From assembly GCA_043819795.1 (NCBI GenBank), contig JBDREN010000150.1, positions 1 through 14,949 on the forward strand: a stretch of DNA of 14,949 bases, in the 5' to 3' direction. Made by a program: the position numbers and the translations under genes. Positions 14,803 through 14,949 of the stretch are shown here, one piece after another. A model generated the notes under the pieces. That model was not told the DNA's origin. It ran no database searches and worked only from the letters and a program-made list of their open reading frames with translations. The DNA comes from Elusimicrobiota bacterium (GTDB lineage Bacteria; Elusimicrobiota; Elusimicrobia; UBA1565). Within the stretch, counting starts at the first letter, position 1; every line of letters begins with the position of its first letter.

Positions 14803-14949
14803 GGATGTCAGCAGTCCCCCCACGGGGGACTGCTCCAGTAGGGGGGCTACCCTTCAGGGTCCTCTCTGACGCACGACACGACATCTGCCCCCTCCACTTC
14901 CGCATCCCTCCCCGTGGGGATGTCAGCAGTCCCCCCACGGGGGACTGCT
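14798..14949 (+). repeat. Hairpin-containing direct repeat with a 115-bp period, truncated at the window end
   Basis: CGT(A/G)GGGATGTCAGCAGTCCCCCCACGGGGGACTGCT at 14798-14834 and 14913-14949, identical at 36/37. Each copy holds a perfect 11-bp stem AGCAGTCCCCC-CAC-GGGGGACTGCT. Confidence 0.9.

Noticed and set aside
14798..14949. CRISPR array
   Set aside because: Only two repeats are visible, the 78-bp interval is much longer than usual spacers and is itself structured, and no cas gene is in the window. It cannot be fully excluded without downstream sequence.

Overview
GC-rich bacterial DNA with 11 complete genes, 9 of which appear to encode exported or membrane-anchored proteins. The window opens in the last 19 codons of a probable IS1634-like transposase. 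Genes in order: an SxxK serine hydrolase of class A beta-lactamase fold with an extra N-terminal domain, a SlyD/SlpA-type FKBP isomerase with a lipoprotein signal and a second internal start, an EcsC-family protein, a secreted beta-helix protein, an aromatic/Pro-repeat lipoprotein, a probably leaderless exported hypothetical gene, a second paralogous beta-helix protein, a Ser/Thr kinase with receptor-like topology (kinase at the C-terminus), a secreted VIT-vWA protein, a secreted vWA protein and a divergent P-II-like protein. The most notable non-coding structures are three related long palindromic elements (153-226, 1519-1632, 2398-2490) that separate the first genes like cassette boundaries, and a GTRG-tagged hairpin repeat with a 115-bp period that runs off the right end of the window. 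Functional calls come from motif recognition by eye, not database searches.
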